Assembly: GCA_964252035.1 (NCBI GenBank)
Contig: OZ176201.1
DNA from: Podarcis erhardii
Lineage: Eukaryota
Reading direction: 5' to 3' (one strand)
Length of the DNA: 64,000 nt
Shown here: positions 1 to 11,700 of the stretch, piece by piece
Layout of the letters: each line of letters begins with the position of its first letter
How positions within the stretch are numbered: the stretch's first letter is position 1
Program-made: the position numbers and the translations under genes
Notes under the pieces: model-generated
Database searches by the model: none
Seen by the model: the letters and a program-made list of their open reading frames with translations, nothing else
What the model was told of the DNA's origin: nothing

Positions 1-118
1 GCATGCGACTCTTAATTTCTGGGTCGTGGGTTCAAGCCCCATATTGGGCAAAAGATTCCTGTCTTGCAGGGGGTTGGACTAAATAACCCTCGTTGTCCCT
101 TCCAACTCTATGATTCTG
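1..118 (+). mobile_element. tRNA-Lys(CTT)-derived SINE with CR1-like 3' tail, 5' end cut by the window edge
   Basis: GCATGCGACTCTTAATTTCTGGGTCGTGGGTTCAAGCCCC resembles the tRNA-Lys anticodon and T arms. It runs directly into GGGTTGGACTA...CCCTTCCAACTCTATGATTCT, the typical CR1 3' end. Confidence 0.8.
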
Positions 119-3076
119 ACACACTTATGAAAAGAGCTCTCTCTAGGGACTAGGAAAAGTGGAAAACTCACTTTGGAATCCATCAACACTTTTGAAATTT
201 CAACTGCAAATGAAGATCATCAAACTCTGCTGGCTCCAGAATCTATGGATCCTTGGATAGGCTTCCTCCTCCAGTCTGCTCCTCTGGGAGATTTCTCAGC
301 CCTTCAACTATGTGTCAGATTTTTGGATGTTAACGTAGGCTGCGTTCAACAGCATAAAGTTTTTCTTTAATGAGGCCCGGGTCAGGATGGAACCGTATTG
401 CAGTGCCCAAATGGAATGAGAAACGGCTGCATCAGACACATTGCTCCAACCTACTGAAATCAACAGACTGCACAGACCAGAGGGACAATTCATTTCTGGT
501 CTTAGAGCTCAGAGGCACCATTTTGCTTGGTACAAATACACCTGTTACACAGTTTTCACTTACTTGTTAACATTTGTACTCTGTCATTTCCTCCAAAGAG
601 CTCAGCGCTGTATTTCCACTTCAGAACACAACTCTGTGAGATGGAAAGACTTACGCACGGCTACTTGGTGAACTTCGTGGCAGTTTGAACCCGGGTTTAC
701 CACATACTAACCCAGCACTCTAGCTGCTGTGCCACACTGGTGCCAACGCTGGGGAAGGAGCTCCATGATCTGATGAGCAGATAGGTACAAAAACAGATAA
801 AGATAATTTTGTGACTCTGCATAGAGGTAAGGTAAGGGCCAGAGCTCAGTGGTAGAGCCCATTATTTTTGTGCTCTAAAGTTTAATAGGTGGCATTTGAA
901 AGACCAGGGAGCAGATTGCTGTGAAAGGCCTCCACACAAGACTTCAGAGAGCCATTGTCAGCGAGAGTAGACAGTAATGGGCTGAATGAGCTGTGGAACA
1001 TAAGAGCCCTGCTGGATTGGCCCAAGGCCCTTCTAGTTCAACTGCCTGCTTTCTTAGTGGTCAACCAGATGCCTATGGAAGCCTTCCAGGAGTGCAACAG
1101 TGCTCTTTTCAGCAGTCTCCTCTTCTCCTAATATCACAGTCTTCCCCCAGGCTGCCCTCCTGAGTCCATGTTCCCATAATAGGAAAAGCACAAAAGAAGT
1201 GGGACATTTGAAGCTGGCAGTCGCTGCCAAGATGGAACATGTAAACAGTGCCCAAGCATTCAGCAGAAAATGGAGCAAACAGTTTTCAAGAGAAAGATAA
1301 ATGCCCTAGGAAGTACGTGGCCACTGAATGACAACTGCAATTACCTAGAATAAACTGTGGCATTCTTAATTTTAAGGGTCCTGATCCATCTTCCCTTTGA
1401 AGTCAATACCAGCCTCCCTACTCAATCTGCAATGAGAGGCTAAAGTGTGCCTTTTGTCAACACAATAAAATCCTTTGCCAGGAATTATTTCCATGGGGTA
1501 AAGAGCTAATGCAGCCAAGCAACTTGGTGGAATCTCACAGCTGATTAGAGTGGGCAAATACAGTGAAAATGCCACCAAGACGCTTGCTTGCATTCTGTTT
1601 AATTAAATGGAGTTAAGTTAATGTTTACCGTGGGAAAAGGCACAAGGGAAAACACGATGTGTTTCTTCTTTTTTTAAAAAAACATTTTAGTTGCTTCTTT
1701 ACAAAATGTCCAAAATGATACATAAAAATTAGAACAGTCCTCTTTGAAAAAGATAGCATAAACAACATGGTAAACCAGCAGAAGCAAAATCCAATTAAAA
1801 ATAAGCTCAGGCTGCCAATGTTTTGTTTTTTAAAAAAGCAGACTTCCCAAAGGGAGATTCCTGAGTCTGATGGGGCTGGTTGTGCTTCTTGGGGAAGAAA
1901 ATTCCTCAGGGTGGGTGACAGGCCCCCATGAAAGCCCTCCCCATGGTGCCCTCATAGTTCTAATCTTGGTGAATAAGGGAATGCAGAGTGCAGCCTCTCT
2001 CATGAACCTAAAGTGCATCTGATGGCACAGATGTAGAATGACTGCCCCCAAACCAGCCATCTCAGGCCCTATGAGCAGCAGGGAAGGCCCTGTTGGTGGT
2101 TCTGCCTCTGGCAGTTGTCTGACTGGCACTGATCTGTGAAAGTGAAGCCAGCAGGGGTGCAACTACTATTAAACACAATATAAAACTAAAAGAATATAAT
2201 CCAGAATAAAAGTGTAAAACCACACAAAGCAACAGCAAGCAGGGAGTCTCATCTCCCATCCCGCCAAAATGTTAAGGAAAGTGGGGGAAAGTGTCATGGG
2301 CCAGGAGTTAGCTTCGCCTGCTGAACAGCAGCCTGAAGGGGGAGAAGGCAGATTGACTCCACCTGCAGCTGATCAGCCTTCAAGGACTCAGAGGTGAAGG
2401 CACTGCTGAGAACTATCTGGCTTCAGCCTTCTTAAGCAGAGCTTCCAGCAGCAGTCAGATGCTGGTAACAACACTTGTAGTTCCTGGCCTGACCTTGTTT
2501 CCTGCTTGTCTTGACCCCGACCCCAAGATCATCGGATTCTCTGACCCCTGGACCATCTGACCACATGAATTGCTGTTCGCCCACCCTAGGACTGGACCTG
2601 ACTCTGGATGCCAACTCTGCCTCCAGGCAAGTACACCTCAGAGACTCTTCTGGTTGGCTGGCCTCCCACTCCACTAAGCTCTGCACAGTGTTGCTCAGCA
2701 ATGAGACTACAACAAAAAGGTTAATTCCACATATGTCAGCATAAATGATTTTCCCCACAAAGTATGCTACTGTAACTCTCTTATCTGAGTTGCTGGTCAA
2801 ACTAGCATGTAGCCATAAAGAGTTCAGCTTATTGTATTAATTGCTGGGGAGTGTTGGACACTTGTGAAGACTGTTGAAGAAATCTCTGGAAACATAGAAG
2901 ACTTTAAGAAAAGCTCATCTGATAGAAGTTGAACATCTTGCAAGACTTCTGAACTTGGAGAACTCTGACAGTTGCAGGACTTAGTACTTGCCTAGTGGAC
3001 TTTGGCACAGCAAGGACTTTGAAAGCAAAGAACCCTCTCTGGGCTCAGAGAGTAAAGACTTCTTGTAGCAAGTGTT

Positions 3077-3104
3077 AGTAGTGTGTGTGTGTGTGTGTGT
3101 GTGT
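3077..3104. repeat. (TG)n microsatellite
   Basis: Pure GT dinucleotide run. Confidence 0.95.
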
Positions 3105-3430
3105 ATTGTGTATGTTTTGCCAAGTAAAAGCTAACTCTGCGGTGAGCTTAACCTCTTGACTGAACTTCTGTGGCACATACACAACACCCAACACTGGGCA
3201 AAGAGGTATGTCCTCACATGCCATGAAAACTATGTTATTATGAGACACACTTAACCAGGGGAAGTCATTCTGTAGGCATAGAGCCAATCTAGACCCCTGC
3301 AATACAAATCTCATTGGATCATGGAACCACCAAAAGAGCCTCTTCTGCAGATCTGGGGCAGATTGGTCTGGGAAGAGGCATTCTGTTCAATAGCTGTCAT
3401 AACCTGCCTATACAAGTACAAATCTATATA

Positions 3431-3682
3431 CAGTGGTACCTCGGGTTAAGAACTTAATTCGTTCTGGAGGTCCGTTCTTAACCTGAAACTGTTCTTAACC
3501 TGAGGTACCACTTTAGCTAATGGGCCCTCCTCCTCCTCCTGCTGCTGCTGCTGCTGCTGCTGCACAATTTCTGTTCTCATCCTAAAGCAAAGTTCTTGAC
3601 CCGAGGTACTTTTTCTGGGTTAGTGGAGTCTGTAACCTGAAGCGTCTGTAACCTGAAGCATTTGTAACCCGAAGTACCACTG
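3431..3682. mobile_element. Tc1/mariner-type MITE (TIR CAGTGGTACCTCGGGTTA), TA target duplication
   Basis: TA|CAGTGGTACCTCGGGTTA ... TAACCCGAAGTACCACTG|TA. Same family at 10561-10787 and 12253-12473. Internal (CTC)n(CTG)n tract at 3526-3563. Confidence 0.9.
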
Positions 3683-4850
3683 TACTACAGCTCAGGAATT
3701 CTGACACAAATGTCCACAACTGGTCACCATCAGAGCTGCACTAAAACCTAGTCTGAGGCAATCAGATAATACTAATATATTCTAAATGAGGAATTTTGAG
3801 GCCAAGACAACTGATTAGCACAAAGTCAGCTATGGTAGAGATTTTTTAAAACAAGAACAACAACAACTTGCCATTTTACTTGCTATTGTTAATCTATCAT
3901 CAGTAAGAAATCCTTGCTGATATATTGCAGATTACCTTGAGATGTACCAGTCAATTCCTTATTCATTCCCTATGCAGGTTCCCCTGTCCCCCCCCTTTTT
4001 TTGTCTGTCAAGTTTTTCTCTTTAAATGTTTTATTGTTAGCATTGGTCCAGCCCCGTCATCATGGAGTCAAGATGAGTCAGATAAATAAAAAAAGCTTTT
4101 AAATCACACACTGCATGTGTAGATCATATTTTTGAAACTTTCGTGGTCAGATGGAATTCTCTGTAAGCTGCTTTTATTGTTATAATCAATCAAATTATTA
4201 ATAGTAAAAGAATAGCAACTTGGGAATAGTTAGATGCATGTCTCAGGCTGTTGGTCCAGCTTCTGTGAGGTTTGCCAAACACATGTTTGAGATGCATGGC
4301 TGACAATTCCCCAGTTTCCAAAGGCGCACATCTTCTGGTAGGGAAATGAAGTGCGGCAGAACCCAGCATATATGGGGAAAGAAGGGAGCTAAAGAATGCA
4401 AGATTTATTAATATTTATCATCTGTCCTGTGTTAAAGAACTGTTGCTTATTCTAGAATACTCTGGATTGTATAATATAAAAAACCCTGTTAAACCCAAAA
4501 AGCTCTACAGTCAGATTTTTTTATTGCAGTTTTGGATTCAGTGATTTTTGTTGGGTCACGATGTGAAACTTTTCTTGGAAGACAAGGTCAGTATGGACTG
4601 AAGATTGGGCCTGCTTTCAGAGTTGCTACAAGATTTGAAGCAGCATTAGGCGGAGTAAGGTGGCCACCTCAAGAACAGACAGCTGGGGCAGGGCAACAGC
4701 AGATCGCACAGCCTGCCCTGCACCCCTAAACAAGGGGCAGCTAACCTGTGATCCTCCAGATGTTGGTTGACTACAACTCCCTTCATCCCTGATCACTGAC
4801 CAGTGGGAATCCATCAACTTATGGAGGGCTTGGCTACTATTGCCCTAAGG

Positions 4851-4987
4851 CAGGCACCCCCCAAACTTGGCCCTGCAGCTGTTTTGGAACTACAATTCCC
4901 ATCATCCCTGACCACTTGTCCTGTTAGATAGGGATGATGGGAGTTGTAGTCCCAAAACATCTGGAGGGCCGAGTTTGGGGATGCCTG
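4851..4987. mobile_element. hAT-type MITE with palindromic core and perfect 8-bp TSD
   Basis: TIRs CAGGCACCCCCAAACT / AGTTTGGGGATGCCTG. TSD CCCTAAGG at 4843-4850 and 4988-4995. Core ACTACAATTCCCATCATCCC...GGGATGATGGGAGTTGTAGT is self-complementary. Confidence 0.9.
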
Positions 4988-5123
4988 CCCTAAGGTATCC
5001 TACTACCCCCCAGTGCGGTAGAGGATGTTGCTCCATCACCCGCTTTGCATCACGATTCAGCTGCTGATCTAGTCAGAGCACACAACTTTCCCCAAAGAAT
5101 CTTGGGAGCTGTGCTTTGCTCAC

Positions 5124-5174
5124 CACAGCGCTACAACTCTCAGCGCTACAACTCTCAGCTACAACTCTCAGCAT
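5124..5174. repeat. Short tandem repeat, unit CAGCGCTACAACTCT (about 3 copies)
   Basis: cagcgctacaactct cagcgctacaactct cagctacaactct cagc is directly visible. Confidence 0.85.
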
Positions 5175-5216
5175 CTGCTTTAAATATATGGTACGTACAC
5201 AAGGCAGTGTGTATGC

Positions 5217-5442
5217 CCGTGGTTCCCAAAGTGGGGCACATGCCCCGGGGGGGGGCAATTTGATTTTTAAGGGGGGCAATTTGAGAATGAGTTATGAACA
5301 GTGAATGGCCTTTTAGGCTTCCTCCACATGAATAGGAGTTCACTTTTTGAATAATAAGAATTATATGTCACTGGGGGGTGGGCATCAGGATTTTAGAGAT
5401 GCTTAGGTGGGGCATGGCCAAAAAAAAGTTTGGGAACCACTG
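5217..5442. mobile_element. hAT-type MITE (second family)
   Basis: TIRs CCGTGGTTCCCAAA / TTTGGGAACCACTG. 8-bp TSD GTGTATGC / GTGTATGT (7 of 8 match). Confidence 0.8.
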
Positions 5443-8020
5443 GTGTATGTGGAAGCAGAGAGGGACAAATGTTGTTCTTTAACCACAGGCAGCAGTCCTG
5501 ATTTAAAGATTCAAAGGCTATGATACTGAGTCATTTGGCACTTTTTTTTACTCCTCATCCTCTCCGCATTGCAGGGCAACTTTTTTCCCCTGGTAAAATA
5601 ATGGTTGGACACAATATGCCACTGGAAACCACAAGAGGGAATAGTGCTCTTGTGCTTGAGGGTTTCCCACAGAAATCTGGTTGGCCACTATGAAAACAGA
5701 AACCTGGATTAGATGGCTTACTGTCTGGTGTTTTTATGTGGCTTAGAGTCCAAAAGAGAAATGCAAGTAAACTCAGCATGTGCTCATTTGAAATAGGCGC
5801 GTATATTCTGGAAGAAGCTTCTGGAACGAGAAGTTGTGCAGTTGCCAGCTTCAGGAACCAGGGTTGTCATTTTTTCAACTGTCCACTGTCAGCAAGCCAG
5901 GCCATGCTCCCTCCTGGTCAACCAGCAATCCCATGTAACAACAGAGAATGCAGCCCTCTATTGAAAACACAAAGTATGGTACTGTTTTGCTGAGCTATCC
6001 CCGGGAGGAAGCAGGGAGGCTCGTCTCTTCCAACTGTGCAAGATATTTGGCCACTCAGAATGCCTATGGATGATCTAGAGCTGGCCCCTTCCAGGCCATA
6101 GGAGCAGAATGGGGAGTGGGCAGCCCTTCCCATAAGCTAAATAAACATATATTTAATTATGGTGACAGCTCCTGTCCTAATCTGCCCCCTTCAGTTGCTC
6201 AACTAAGATTTGAATTGGACAGCAATTGCAGCAATGTGGAGAGAGGAGTGAAGTTCCTGCAGTGCAGAAAATAATTGTTCAAAGGATTTTCAGCATGACA
6301 CTCTGGGTTGATCTAATGGTCCACCTAGTGGTCTGCTCTGGTTGCAGCAGAGAATGTAATTCTCAAAGGAAATGAAAGACTGGTATCTTTGACTGATCAG
6401 CCTTTGCCCTCTTTCCTCAAGCTCAAATTCAGGAGTCAGTGGAAGGGATGGTCCTTAGCCAAGACAGCGTGAGGCACTATCTCGCACCTCTGCATTAAGG
6501 AGGAGTTTCTTGGCTTGTTTCCCTGTGAGATGGAGGAATTTATGTAACCTCTTCCAGGTGGATCCTCAGTACATGTAGAACTATATAAAACTGTAGGTAT
6601 TCATTAAGTCCAGTATACTGTCTTGGAAAGCATAAGCTGAAATGTGCAAAACAAAATAGTAGAGAATGCCTCCATTCTATGCAGATCTTGACACGCTCCA
6701 TTTTGGGACACTGATACATTCTCAAGATGCGTATACCCTGAAAACATCTGGTGCATAAGATCATTTTCTTTAATTTCTTTAAATATTTTTTATTTGTTTT
6801 CAATTACAGTCCAATCATAGCCTCATTATTAACAATACCAATTTATAATACAATACTGATCGTTCAAATACTGAATTATATAATTTAGATAAAGTGGCCC
6901 CCCGCATACCAGATTTGACGATTTTCTTTATTTCTGCGTTCCAAAATCTTATTAATTTCAATTACCTTCTGGTCATAGCAATAATCCCTCATACAACAAC
7001 TGCAATATTAATAACTTCTATTCATGTTGGCACATTAAATGATTTATAAAACTACAAGTGAGGAACTCAGATTATATCCTTGTTCTTCCTGTGTGTGTGG
7101 CAATTATTCTGTCCGTTGTGTTTCTTCCTGTCCTTGTAAGATGTTATGTCTTTCTTTCCCCCGGTTGTTGCTGTTATCCATCATGCCTTGGGCGGAGGTG
7201 ATATCCCATTGTTGTTCCAGGAATTTCTCCGTCGCTCCGTCCCATGCTTTGTTGTTTTGCAACTTTAACAACAGCTGCAAAAGTCACTGTCTCAGTAAAT
7301 ACTACCTGTTGTCACAATTTTTCCTCTCAGCCTGGGAAGAAGAGCTGTCTGTGGAACTACAGATGACTCAACAAAGAACCCTATGAGTTCCTTGGCAGTT
7401 CACGGACTCCTTTCGTCCTTCCTTCCACTGCAGATATATAAGCAATTACACTTCCAATTAAATTAAATCCCAAGTCCTCTTAGTGTAATTCAGTTCACTT
7501 TGTAAATAATAAAGGATGGGAAAGGGTCAGCTCCAAGTTTCCATCATAAACCTTTTGCAAAATAGAGCTTCCCTCCCTTTTTCCTCTTTACACACACAGT
7601 TCTGTTTGATGTTATATTCCATATTTATAATCCAGTTTCTTCCATCCTCGCTTGTACAAATGTATTTTGAACTAACATTCAGAATGGGATGTCCCTATTT
7701 TCATTGGAGAAATCTTGGAGGGTATGAGATAGAAGTAGAATGATGGCATGAGAAGATGGTGTGCTACTCGGGGGAGAAAATGGAAGGAGAAAGACATCTA
7801 GTGAGGAAATAACTGAAAGTCTGCCTCTTTCTCTACAGACCTCCTTCAGTGTTAAGATCGGCAGAGGAAGCCCTCTTTGGTTCTTTCACTGCCTTCAGAA
7901 GCTTGGGGGTAATGGTGGATAAGAAGAGGGCATTCTCTGTGGCAACCCATAAGTTGCGGCACTGCCTCCTCACAGAGATGCATCCGGCATCTTCATTATA
8001 TACTGTGGCTTCAGTATACA

Positions 8021-8545
8021 TGGGAGCCAGTGTGATGTAGTGGTTAAGAGCAGTGGACTTGTAATCTGGTGAACCGGGTTCGCTTCCCTGCTCCTCCACT
8101 TGCAGCTGCTGGGTGACCTTCAGCTAGTCACACTTCTTGAAGTCTCTCAGCCCCACTCACCTCACAGAGTGTTCGTTGTGGGGGAGGAAGGGAAAGGAGA
8201 TTGTTAGCCACTTTGAGACTCCTTAAAGGTAAAGGTAAAGGGACCCCTGATCATTAGGTCCAGTCGTGACCAACACTGGGGTTGCGGCGCTCATCTCGCT
8301 TTATTGACAGAGGGAGCCGCCAGAGCGGTACCTATTTATCTACTTGCACTTTGACGTGCTTTGGAACTGCTAGGTTGGCAGGAGCAGGGACCGAGCAACG
8401 GGAGCTCACCCCGTTGCGGGGATTCGAACCGCGACCTTCTGAACGGCAAGTCCTAGGCTCTGTGGTTTAACCCACAGTGCCACCTGCGTCCCTTGAGACT
8501 CCTTAGGGTAGTTATAAAGCAGGATATCAACTCCTCCTCTTCTTC
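8021..8545 (+). mobile_element. tRNA-headed MIR/CORE-like squamate SINE, interrupted by a Sauria SINE
   Basis: A-box GTGTGATGTAGTGGTT, B-box-like GGTTCGCTTCC, CORE-like GGGTGACCTT...AGTCAC. Its tail (CTTTGAGACTCCTTAGGGTAG...) resumes after the nested insertion. Confidence 0.7.
8226..8492 (-). mobile_element. Sauria SINE with internal deletion, 13-bp TSD
   Basis: Reverse complement matches the copies at 11796 and 17932 but lacks about 90-95 nt of the central part. TSD TTGAGACTCCTTA at 8213-8225 and 8493-8505. (ACCTTT)n tail. Confidence 0.9.
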
Positions 8546-8786
8546 TTTTGGCAGATGCTGAAGGAACACCTCTTTACTTGGGCTTTTAACACCTTAGGTA
8601 TATAGATTTTTTAGGGCCTTCCTTCTCCTGTCATAACACCAAACTTTTGCAGAAATGGAGCAATCTTGTGGATATGCCTGATCTCATCAAATAATCTTTG
8701 TACGCTGTATTCACAGTGTACTATGGTGGCTTCCATGTTGTTGTGCAACACATCCGCGAACACATTACTTGTAAGGGCCTGATCAC

Positions 8787-11700
8787 TTATGGCTTTTCAG
8801 GCAACCCAAATAACTCCTCTGGGATTTTCTTAAGCAGCTGCATCTTTGAGAAGACTTGGTTCAGCACGGCCCTGGCAGCTGTTAGCTCCAATGGGGATTC
8901 TGCTTGCTTGGCAAGAGAGACCCCTCACGTTGCCAGTGCCAAGACGTGATGATTAAGGCTGCGTTTTCTCCCCGTCTCATGCTATGCAACTGCTGATTTA
9001 TTTCACAATGCTGTGTGTGTAATTCCTAGCACGCCGTCCAAATCGTTGCGCAAATAATATTTACTTGTGTGGGAACATGCGCTTGTGGCATCAGGAAGTT
9101 TTCACAGAAATCTGCAATGAATATCGGGGGTGGGGAGTAGAAAGACAATTGTGATGTAACTGCAATCACAGTCTGCTGTCAAGACTCGATGACTCAATAG
9201 CAGATACAAGGCACCCTTAATATAGATGGATTGTCTGTGCTTAATGGTTACCAAATGTTCCTCGCTTAAATTTATTTATTGTTTATTTTGTTTAAAGGGA
9301 TACTTTTATTTGGAGATGCAGTCCTTTATTTGAGATCAGAGATGTTGCTTCATGCGCAGTAACTATGTCATGGCAATTTATTTGCTATGCAGACTTCCCT
9401 GAGTTTACAAAGCTGGATGGATAACAATATGGAAGCGCAGGATTGTACCTTATGCTGATCCTACTTAATTTGATGCAACCCATAGGCTCCTGTCTGCCAT
9501 AACTAACACTTCTCTCATCTCTGTTGAGTCCTGGTAAGATCCAGCATAGCCTAGTGGCTAGAGCACTAGACTATGACCTGGGGAATCCCAGGTTCAAAAC
9601 CCTTCTCAGCCATGAAACTCACTGGATGCTTGTGGGGCAGTCACCATCCCTCAGCCTAAGTTGCATCAAAGGATTGGGGGGGGAGTGTTCCATGTATGGT
9701 ACCCTGTTGGTGGTGGACTTGGGCTTGACTTGCATATGTTGTGGAGAAGAAACCATTTGTCAGGTGCAGCTGCCATGGCACAAAAGTAACCACTATATGT
9801 AAGATAGTTGATTATGTGGTTATAAGAATATGGGAGGACCAGCATAAAGTATGTAGGTGCCCTTTTCACCAGCCTATGCTCCCTGCAAATTCTGTTTATG
9901 ATCCATCTCCTATGAAACTAATATATGTAGCTCAGGTCACTTGAAAGTCAACTGGAGCTATTTGCTCTTCTCTTAGGATTTGTGGGATTCTAAAAATGCA
10001 CAGATTTTCACATAAAGTGTGATAGATTGTTCCAGGCAGGTGGACTGGATTAGTCACTAAGGGTATATACACATTAGTGGCTTAAAACGCAGCGAGATCA
10101 TTTCCCCCCACTGCAGTTCAAGTCACATTTGCACGTGCAGTACGTGCCACGCAGGGGACAAAGGTGTCTTCACTTGATGCACATTACCTGCTTTATTTTC
10201 CTACACCTGCAACTCCCCCAAACTCCTATTCAAGGAAGCTGACATCTATGCACGTGCTGTCATCTGCCCATGAGCAACAGCTGTTTGACCTGCACAAACT
10301 TCAGATTAATCAGGGCTTGTTTTCAAATTGAATGGAAGTTGTCTTGAGGGGAAATGCATCAAACAGAAGTAAATCTGAAGAAACTATGGATTACATGTAG
10401 ATTGTAGCTAACTTCATGTGCACCTAGCTTTGAATACCAGTGGTGGGAGCACACTGAAGATAGAGTAAATGGTAATGTGTGGCTTTTGGCTTTCTGCTAT
10501 GATTTTATAACTCCCCCTTCCATTTTTTAACAAAGTAAATTCTTCCCTGGTATATGATTACAGTGGTACCTCGGGTTACATACGCTTCAGGTTACATACG
10601 CTTCAGGTTCAGACTCCGCTAACCCAGAAATAGTGCTTCAGGTTAAGAACTTTGCTTCAGGATGAGAACAGAAATTGTACAGCAGCAGGAGGCCCCATTA
10701 GCTAAACTGGTGCTTCAGGTTAAGAACAGTTTCAGGTTAAGAACGGACCTCCAGAACGAATTAAGTACTTAACCTGAGGTACCACTGTACAAAGGAACAG
10801 ACAGATGAACAGGTAACCACAAATACACACCAAAGTAAAACAAAATAAAAACAGTTTAAGGGCTGAAAAAAGGCCCTTGGTTATTTGACATAATATCTTT
10901 GGGGATACTGCCATCATGTGGCTTACTGATGCTCAGTTTCTTGCCATATTTTTTCATCATCTTGGTGCCCTCCAGTTCAAAAATCTTCTTGGTTATCTTC
11001 CTGGATAAACGGGACAGAGGGTGGGGAAGCAAATACAAATAAACTTGCACAATCTTTAGTACCACAGGGCCGACTAAATATTTTAAATGGTTACATGTGC
11101 AGCAGGCCCATGAGTTCTGCAGTCTGTGAGGGCCCTGATCCAGAGAAAGGGATAACCATAAGGGTGGAGGGGGCTTTGTAGACCATGCCCCTGCTTGATG
11201 CATGCAGGCAATCCTGCGCTAGAAATGGTCCCATCACTAGTTTTTATTTTTTAAAAAAAGTAGCCTTTTCAAAATCAAATTCTTTCCCATTGCCCAAGGA
11301 TAAGAAAAACAATATATTACTGTATTCACGGATTCTTGAAAATAAAATACTTTATTCTTGGGAAATCCCCCAGCCTCTTCTTGAAGCAAGAATCCACCAC
11401 TTCTCTAGGTAATTGGTTCAACTGTCAAACTGCTCTTTCCATCAAAAGTAATCTTGTGCCCCTTTAAGCTTAGTAGATCTGGCCTTTGAGGGCAGCAGAG
11501 AATAAGTCTTTTGCCCTCTAGTTCTATAACGACAGCCATTCAGGTAACGAGAAGAGTGCTATCATTATCATATACCCCACCTGTGCCTTCCCTTCTACAG
11601 GGTAAATATAATCAGTCAGTTCAACCTTTCCTCATAGGATTTGTGTTCTGTATTGGTGACTTCATTACCCTGCCCCCCCATGAACCTGTTCTTTATTGTC

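Noticed and set aside
1-50. tRNA-Lys gene
   Set aside because: The anticodon stem is mismatched and the sequence continues straight into a CR1-like tail with no poly-T terminator, so it is a SINE head rather than a tRNA gene.
339-419. Possible + strand terminal exon (AAFNSIKFFFNEARVRMEPYCSAQME*)
   Set aside because: Weak acceptor, only 26 codons, no recognisable homology and no supporting exons in the window.
1183-1350. Purine-rich exon-like open frames on +
   Set aside because: Two different frames are similarly open, neither is recognisable, and there is no partner exon.
2292-3708. Possible solo LTR (TGTCA...TGACA) with a nested MITE
   Set aside because: Composition is LTR-like but I could not find a matching TSD, PBS or PPT, so the boundaries are unsupported.
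8282-8470. Recurring ORF ...YLSTCTLTCF.TARLAGAGTEQ.. (also 11831-12058 and 17877-18074)
   Set aside because: This is the translation of Sauria SINE sequence, not a gene family.
10186-10225. Extra - strand mini-exon with donor CAG/GTAATG for the orphan gene
   Set aside because: Poor acceptor. It ends in phase 0 and cannot join exon 4, which needs phase 1; at most it could be an alternative to exon 4.
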